The translations under genes were made by a program, and so were the position numbers. Below, in pieces: positions 58,736 through 64,000 of a stretch of 64,000 bases of DNA (within the stretch, counting starts at the first letter, position 1; every line of letters starts with the position of its first letter). The stretch lies in the NCBI GenBank assembly GCA_048886685.1, contig JBHLKM010000019.1:20107-84106 (forward strand), read 5' to 3'. The notes below the pieces were generated by a model that worked only from the letters and a program-made list of their open reading frames with translations, was not told the origin of the DNA and ran no database searches. This DNA comes from Candidatus Hodarchaeota archaeon (GTDB lineage: Archaea > Asgardarchaeota > Lokiarchaeia > Sigyniarchaeales > SOKP01).

Positions 58736-60007
58736 TTAAATTTTAATATTGCTTATTTTTTCGGCTGTCAATTCAATCTGGTGCTCAAAGTCAATATATC
58801 GCATTTTCATAAAACGCCATGCTAAAAATGTAATAAAAACGCCAATAAATGCACTATAGATAAATAAGTTTTGAATACCAATAATTTCCGCAAGAGGTCC
58901 CGAGATAATCGTCCCAATAGGATATATAGCCATCGATAAAGATTGATCGACAGATGATACTCTTCCCATCTTATCTGGTGGGACGGTTGTTTGTATAATT
59001 GTCATATAAATAGTATTACTAATTGGTAGGATAAGCCCGATTAATGATGCTGATAATCCCATTAATAGAAAGAAACCTGTTGGCGCAAATCCCAACACCG
59101 AAAAAATCGTCATTACAATCATTAAACCTAAGAAATATGTTGTAATCTTATGTTTCCATTCTTTTTTTAATGTAGTAATTACTCCTCCTAAAATCATACC
59201 GCTATTAAAAAGTACCATAATTAGTGCCAAATCAGTAGCAGCTCCTAAATGTGTTACTTTTATATAGTATGGTAATAGTACTTCAACCGGAGTAATTAGG
59301 AAATTAAGAAACATGGATAGAAATAGAATTACTAACATCCCTGGGATCATCTTAATAGTTATAATTCCTTCCTTCAATTCCTTGACAAATGAAATCTCAT
59401 TTTTTTTTTGTTTTACATATCTTACCTGAGGTATTTTAATCATCAATAATGGAATTATAGCTATACCAAAAGTTATCACATCCATCCACAGAATTATTTT
59501 AATCGGGAAAAATATCAAAAAAACTGCTCCTATCACTGGTCCTGCAAGTTGTATTAAACTTGTAAATAAATAATTAATCCCGTTTATTCTACTTAACCTG
59601 TCTTTTGGCACCATCGTTGGAACAATAGCACTAACAGTAGGCATATGAAATGCTTGACAGAGGCCTCTCAAACTAGCTATTAAAATTACTAGTAATGGAT
59701 ATGCTTGATTTAAATAAAATAATACTATGATCCATACAGTAACTAATGCTTGTAAAGAATCTGCGATCCCAAGTAGCAATTTACGGTTCCATCTATCTGT
59801 AAATACCCCAGCAATAGGAGTAACAATCACCATAGGTAAAAAGTAGAGAAACATACCTATAGAAAGATAAACAGCACTGCCAGTTGCCTCTGTAACCCAC
59901 CATGTAATAACAAACTGTACTACTAACGATCCCATCAGCGAGAATAATTGCCCGCTCCAAAAAAATAAATAGCTCCTAAATGTATTTCGATTTGATAACT
60001 CTTCCAT
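58736..60007 (-). CDS. MFS transporter (DHA3/MefA-like), paralogue 3
   Basis: Same motifs as its neighbours. Confidence 0.92.
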   Translation of the reverse strand: MEELSNRNTFRSYLFFWSGQLFSLMGSLVVQFVITWWVTEATGSAVYLSIGMFLYFLPMVIVTPIAGVFTDRWNRKLLLGIADSLQALVTVWIIVLFYLNQAYPLLVILIASLRGLCQAFHMPTVSAIVPTMVPKDRLSRINGINYLFTSLIQLAGPVIGAVFLIFFPIKIILWMDVITFGIAIIPLLMIKIPQVRYVKQKKNEISFVKELKEGIITIKMIPGMLVILFLSMFLNFLITPVEVLLPYYIKVTHLGAATDLALIMVLFNSGMILGGVITTLKKEWKHKITTYFLGLMIVMTIFSVLGFAPTGFFLLMGLSASLIGLILPISNTIYMTIIQTTVPPDKMGRVSSVDQSLSMAIYPIGTIISGPLAEIIGIQNLFIYSAFIGVFITFLAWRFMKMRYIDFEHQIELTAEKISNIKI

Positions 60008-60092
60008 CCTATATCCCCTAATTTCCTTCTTTTCTTATATCCCTAATTTCCTAAATTTATATTTACTTTTCTTTCCTCATCTCAAATTAATT

Positions 60093-61031
60093 TTACATAT
60101 TATCAATCATTTCATAAAGCTTTTGAATGACTTCTTCACTAGGGCTAGTAAATTTAAACACTCCTTCTTCCAATTCACCCTCAATATCTTCCGCCACTAA
60201 TTCATAAATCAAGTTTTCTGCCTCTTCATATGATTTATCAATTGCTTGGGCTAATTTATCTATAGGCAAACTTTTATGTAGCTTAATTAATCCACTTACA
60301 CGTTTTTTAATACGTTCCTTATCAGGTTCTTGAAGGATAGCCATATGTACTCTTGATTTACCTTTCTTTCCTTGAATTTGCTTTTCAATTTTTTCACCTA
60401 ACTTTTCACCTAACTTCTCTATACCTGAATCTTTTACCACTCTTTCTATTTCAACACCCATTTTTCCCATTTTCTTTCCAAAATCTTCCAATTTTGATAT
60501 ATCCCCAATATTGTTTTTTACGAATTTCATTGACTTTCGAACCAATTCTGAAACTGATGCGCCTAACCCCTCTGCCCAATCCTTCCACTCTTCACTCATC
60601 TCAGGATCAACAGAAATGTTTATTCGCTTCACTGCTTTTTTTCTTGCTTTTTCAAGCCGTTTTCTCACTTTTTCTCTTAATTTATATTCATATTTATGTA
60701 TTTTTTCTGTTAAATGTTCTAACCTCTCTCTGGTTTTTTCAATCCGTTCCTGAGCATTATCTCCTAAATCTTCTAATCCTTTTCTTACATCTCCAATTTC
60801 ATTTAACAAAGCTTCTCTCTCCTCTGTAAGTTCTTCCAATTCTTCTCTTAATTCATCCTTTACTTCCTCGCTTTCCTCAATTAAATCTTCAATCTCTTCT
60901 TTAAATTCATCATGTAAATCATCTAATTCATCCATAAGATCATCCCGAATTTCATTTAACTCCCATCTTATCTTCTCAGCGTCTTCCTCATAATTTTCAT
61001 TTCTTTCTTTTCTTTCTTTTTCATTTGACAC
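60093..61031 (-). CDS. Coiled-coil + ribbon-helix-helix + PCI/wHTH-like protein
   Basis: Acidic coiled coil; RINISVDPEM..EW..WA..LG.SVSELVRKSM (RHH); L.IDKLA..I.....EAE.LI.ELV...I.G.L (PCI-like). Confidence 0.7.
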   Translation of the reverse strand: MSNEKERKERNENYEEDAEKIRWELNEIRDDLMDELDDLHDEFKEEIEDLIEESEEVKDELREELEELTEEREALLNEIGDVRKGLEDLGDNAQERIEKTRERLEHLTEKIHKYEYKLREKVRKRLEKARKKAVKRINISVDPEMSEEWKDWAEGLGASVSELVRKSMKFVKNNIGDISKLEDFGKKMGKMGVEIERVVKDSGIEKLGEKLGEKIEKQIQGKKGKSRVHMAILQEPDKERIKKRVSGLIKLHKSLPIDKLAQAIDKSYEEAENLIYELVAEDIEGELEEGVFKFTSPSEEVIQKLYEMIDNM

Positions 61032-61082
61032 TTTAATCCCTCTTTTTTATTAAGTATTTAATATTTAATTTTAATCTTCTAT

Positions 61083-61754
61083 TTATTTTAGCTCAATTTG
61101 AATAGGTTCATTAACTACAGTAGCTTGTCTGTGAACTTCTATACTGTCAATATAAAAAACTGCTCCTGAAATCTCCGTTCCCTGACCAATTCTTATATTA
61201 CGTCCTCTCACATCTCCTTCTACCTTTGTTCCGGTTATATCAACCGTATTTGTAGCAAAAATACTTCCATACACTTTAAATCGCTGTTTTGTTAATCTTT
61301 TTACACGCGTTAGGCTAGTTCCGATTAAGATGTCATTTCCCTTAATATTTCCATCAATCAAAACCGAGCCCCCAATATCGATTCTTTCTTCTGAAAAAAC
61401 ATCTCCTTGTACTCTCATCGAGCCTGAGGATCTAATTCCTTCAAGGGCTTCAAGTTTATCCCCCACCCTTAGTGAACCTGAACTTCTTAGTGCTCCTTTT
61501 ATTAGAAGTTTCCCTTCTACTGACGCTGAACCAGATGATCTTGCATCACCGTCTCCAAAAAGAGATCCACTAAGTCTAAACGACCCTGAACTCCTAATAT
61601 CTCCATGAACCGTCAAATTTCCCGCCCCTCTTAATGAACCAGACGATCGAAATCCATTACATTCAAAATCTCCATCTATTCTCGCGGAACCAGAAACTCG
61701 TAATTCATCATTAATTATCCCCTCAGAAAGCCTCCCTGATCCAGAAATTTTCAT
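61083..61754 (-). CDS. Polymer-forming cytoskeletal (bactofilin-like) beta-helix protein
   Basis: Repeated [LIF]RSSGS..V.G.L units; C-terminal V.GDVRG..I.IG....I.G.V.Y. Confidence 0.8.
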   Translation of the reverse strand: MKISGSGRLSEGIINDELRVSGSARIDGDFECNGFRSSGSLRGAGNLTVHGDIRSSGSFRLSGSLFGDGDARSSGSASVEGKLLIKGALRSSGSLRVGDKLEALEGIRSSGSMRVQGDVFSEERIDIGGSVLIDGNIKGNDILIGTSLTRVKRLTKQRFKVYGSIFATNTVDITGTKVEGDVRGRNIRIGQGTEISGAVFYIDSIEVHRQATVVNEPIQIELK

Positions 61755-61812
61755 TAATTTTTTATCTCTCTTTTTTAATTAAAATATTGCTTTTTCAAAT
61801 AAATATTATATT

Positions 61813-61908
61813 TTAAAACAAAAAGAAAATTGGCCCTCTGAATGATAATTGGGAAGCTGTCAAACCTTTTATATATTCTAACTCTTCATAACCATTCGTT
61901 ATTTCCAC
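61813..61908 (-). CDS. Putative 31 aa leader peptide
   Basis: GGAGG RBS then GTG; MEITNGYEELEYIKGLTASQLSFRGPIFFLF*. An in-frame ATG also exists at 61962. Confidence 0.4.
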   Translation of the reverse strand: MEITNGYEELEYIKGLTASQLSFRGPIFFLF

Positions 61909-62115
61909 TTTAATTTTCCTCCAACTTTTTTGTTTTGTTTTTCTCGTGAGTAATAATTCCATAATTTTTGATTATCGTGAATACAAATAAAAAATATATA
62001 AAAATTTGTAGTTATTAATATTTTTGGGCATTGTACATATTTTTGATAATTATTAACTCCTTCTCTTCCAATCTGTTTTTGTACATTTTTTTTATCACTT
62101 TTTTTTGTTTCTTAA

Positions 62116-62240
62116 TACACAATTATTTACACAAGTATTTAAATGTTGTGTTTTTGTTGTGTAGGGGATAATATCAAAATGGGGTAAGTTGTGAGAGGAA
62201 GAGCTCTAATCACAATAGGCTGAGTGTGTAGTAGTGTGTA
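62116..62240. promoter_or_regulatory. TACACA/TGTGTA operator array around a TATA box
   Basis: tacacaa (62116, 62128), tatttaaa, ttgtgtt (62146), ttgtgta (62157), agtgtgta (62223, 62233). Confidence 0.7.
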
Positions 62241-62263
62241 CTAGTAAAAAAATGATTATGAAA

Positions 62264-62283
62264 GTTTGATAAATTAGAAATTT
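62264..62283 (+). repeat. 20 bp exact direct repeat, left copy (pairs with 63578-63597)
   Basis: gtttgataaattagaaattt in both copies. Confidence 0.75.
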
Positions 62284-63319
62284 ATGCATCTTTATTTAAG
62301 ATTTCAGAGATTTCCGATTTTACATTTAGAAATGATGGAAAGGTCCAAGACATCATTTTCGGGTAAACCATAGTCATAAAAAACTGAGGATCTAAGTTAT
62401 AAACAGCTTCTACAATTTCTAAGTATTCTGAATTAGAAAGATGTTGATACTCTTCACTGTCCCATAATTTACGTAATCTATATAAAAATTCAATCTGCTT
62501 TATTTCTTTAACTAATCCCAATTCATGTAGTTCTATAAATGAATTAATAGTTTGATAAACATTTTTACACAAAGCCCCAAAAAGATTATTTATATCTTCT
62601 TTTTTTGAAGAAGGTAGGGTTAATCTGACCTTTCTCATAGCCAGGAGTAGTGCGTTAATTTGATTCGTTCTGGAGAGATTGCTTATATTAATTTTATAGC
62701 TTTTTACTAACTCTATTAATACTTTGTATGCAAGCACGATATATACTATACCGTTACTTTTTTTCTTTAATCTAACATGATTAGTAATTTTAAATTGAAA
62801 TCCATAACAGGGTAATTCTTGATGTGTAGAACCTTCAATCATGCCTATTTTACCCCTCTCTCTAAGTTTTCCATTAGCAATGATTCTATAATTAGTTACA
62901 TATATTCTTCCATCAACTGATGCTTTTACCCGCGTTGATACAAACCTCCAAGGGTAAAGCCCTGGATTCGTTTCTTTTATTTTACTATTACATTCATAAA
63001 GTAATTGCTCTCCCTCATATAAACAAAACTTTTCTATTATGTATTTTTCCATTTCCATTTTATTAATCTTTTTATAAAGCTTCCTTCCACGCATTTTTGG
63101 ATAAATATGGTTCATAAAAAACTCAGGATTTAATTTAAAAGTCTCTCCGACAATATCATAAAATTCAAAGTCAGAAACCGACTGATATTCTTCTTTAATC
63201 CGTAGGTCAGTCAAATGGGCTATAATGCGAGCACTAACAATTCCTCTATCTGATTGCGACACTTCAAGATATTTCAAATCTTCCTTAATATTATTCATTA
63301 TTTGATTTACAATACTCAT
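62282..63319 (-). CDS. Hypothetical protein with PH/GRAM-like core flanked by a duplicated helical motif
   Basis: L.EGEQLL..C...GRIYVTNYRII; EEYQ..S..E...IV....L.P.FFM...YPKM near both ends. Confidence 0.6.
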   Translation of the reverse strand: MSIVNQIMNNIKEDLKYLEVSQSDRGIVSARIIAHLTDLRIKEEYQSVSDFEFYDIVGETFKLNPEFFMNHIYPKMRGRKLYKKINKMEMEKYIIEKFCLYEGEQLLYECNSKIKETNPGLYPWRFVSTRVKASVDGRIYVTNYRIIANGKLRERGKIGMIEGSTHQELPCYGFQFKITNHVRLKKKSNGIVYIVLAYKVLIELVKSYKINISNLSRTNQINALLLAMRKVRLTLPSSKKEDINNLFGALCKNVYQTINSFIELHELGLVKEIKQIEFLYRLRKLWDSEEYQHLSNSEYLEIVEAVYNLDPQFFMTMVYPKMMSWTFPSFLNVKSEISEILNKDA

Positions 63320-63577
63320 TTTGTTCCACTCTTTTATTAATCTCTTTAATTAATATATTTAGGTAAATTAGGCCTTGTCTAAAGCCTGTGCTATTTTCAC
63401 TTCATAGTTTTCAATTTCTTTTTTTAAATTTTCTGAAATAGATCTCACCTATTATATATAAAATTAGACTTTTGATTATGTAAAAAGGATCACCCCTAAT
63501 ATTTAACACTTTTGTAAATGTTTTATCTAATGTACTCCCTATTGTCGAGACAAAATCGAGATATTTAAAGTACGAAG

Positions 63578-63597
63578 GTTTGATAAATTAGAAATTT
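63578..63597 (+). repeat. 20 bp exact direct repeat, right copy
   Basis: Identical to 62264-62283. Confidence 0.75.
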
Positions 63598-63751
63598 GTA
63601 ATTACAGTCTCAAATGGTTGATTTTGACAAATGAGACTAGAATACTGTAACTTGGGTTGAGATTGAGAGTGTATGTTTAAATAAAAAATTTAAAATATAT
63701 GAAAAGGTTATAATTTTCTTGAGAAATTAATAAGGCAGTGAGAGAGGTTAA

Positions 63752-63892
63752 ATGGGACGTTATTGGTGTAAAAATTGTAATAAAATGGTTGATATGAGAA
63801 AAGAACACACTTTTCTTGTAAGACTTTACCTTATAAGACGGGTTTGTGCCATATGTGGAAAAAAAGTAAAAAAAAAGAGGATTCCGAAATAA
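63752..63892 (+). CDS. 46 aa zinc-ribbon microprotein (below ORF-track cutoff)
   Basis: GAGAGG RBS; MGRYWCKNCNKMV...RRVCAICGKKVKKKRIPK*. Confidence 0.7.
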   Translation: MGRYWCKNCNKMVDMRKEHTFLVRLYLIRRVCAICGKKVKKKRIPK

Positions 63893-64000
63893 GCAAACTG
63901 AAATATAGAAATAAAGAGGGGATATAATCTATTCTTTCTACTTGGCACTATATCTGTTGTAACAATCATTATTTTCTTTTTTAATTTCTCTTGAAATCGT

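Noticed and set aside
56128-60007. MefA-like genes as acquired antibiotic resistance
   Set aside because: Diverged tandem paralogues with host-like composition; substrate cannot be inferred.
60010-60052. 17-18 bp local duplication (tatatccctaatttcct) upstream of an MFS gene
   Set aside because: Likely simple slippage duplicating the RBS region; no further structure.

Overview
Low-GC archaeal DNA, most consistent with an Asgard (Lokiarchaeia/Promethearchaeota) genome. This is inferred from roadblock proteins, TPR proteins with longin-like tails, a Loki-CTERM-like anchor, an Rpn10/Ssl1-like vWA protein and frequent TTG/GTG starts. No rRNA, tRNA, CRISPR array, integrase or transposase was recognised. 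The main candidate for a new system is a ~10 kb operon (14975-24850) divergent from an Lrp regulator: tusA-dsrE-dsrF-dsrH-dsrE2-hdrC-hdrB-hdrA-mvhD, two unusual fusions, then a second tusA. Fusion 1 is an MvhG-like Fe-S subunit joined to a shrunken relic of the [NiFe]-hydrogenase large subunit that lacks the Ni ligands. Fusion 2 is an FrhB-type F420 subunit with a complete GltD/NfnB-like flavoprotein inserted into it, plus a C-terminal wHTH. This suggests a hydrogenase-free Hdr complex coupled to a persulfide relay. hdrC appears to start at ACG. A second theme is cassette-like turnover of accessory genes: a displaced, synonymously recoded 3' end of lrp flanks a 4.4 kb surface-protein islet, single genes are bracketed by 20-59 bp direct repeats, and there are several gene stubs and a dispersed 35 bp motif. 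Also present are a WOR5-like tungsten oxidoreductase pair, a divergent RtcB-like ligase, metG, a glycyl radical enzyme, and a bactofilin-RHH-3xMFS operon with an operator array. All homology calls come from recognising motifs by eye, not from database searches.
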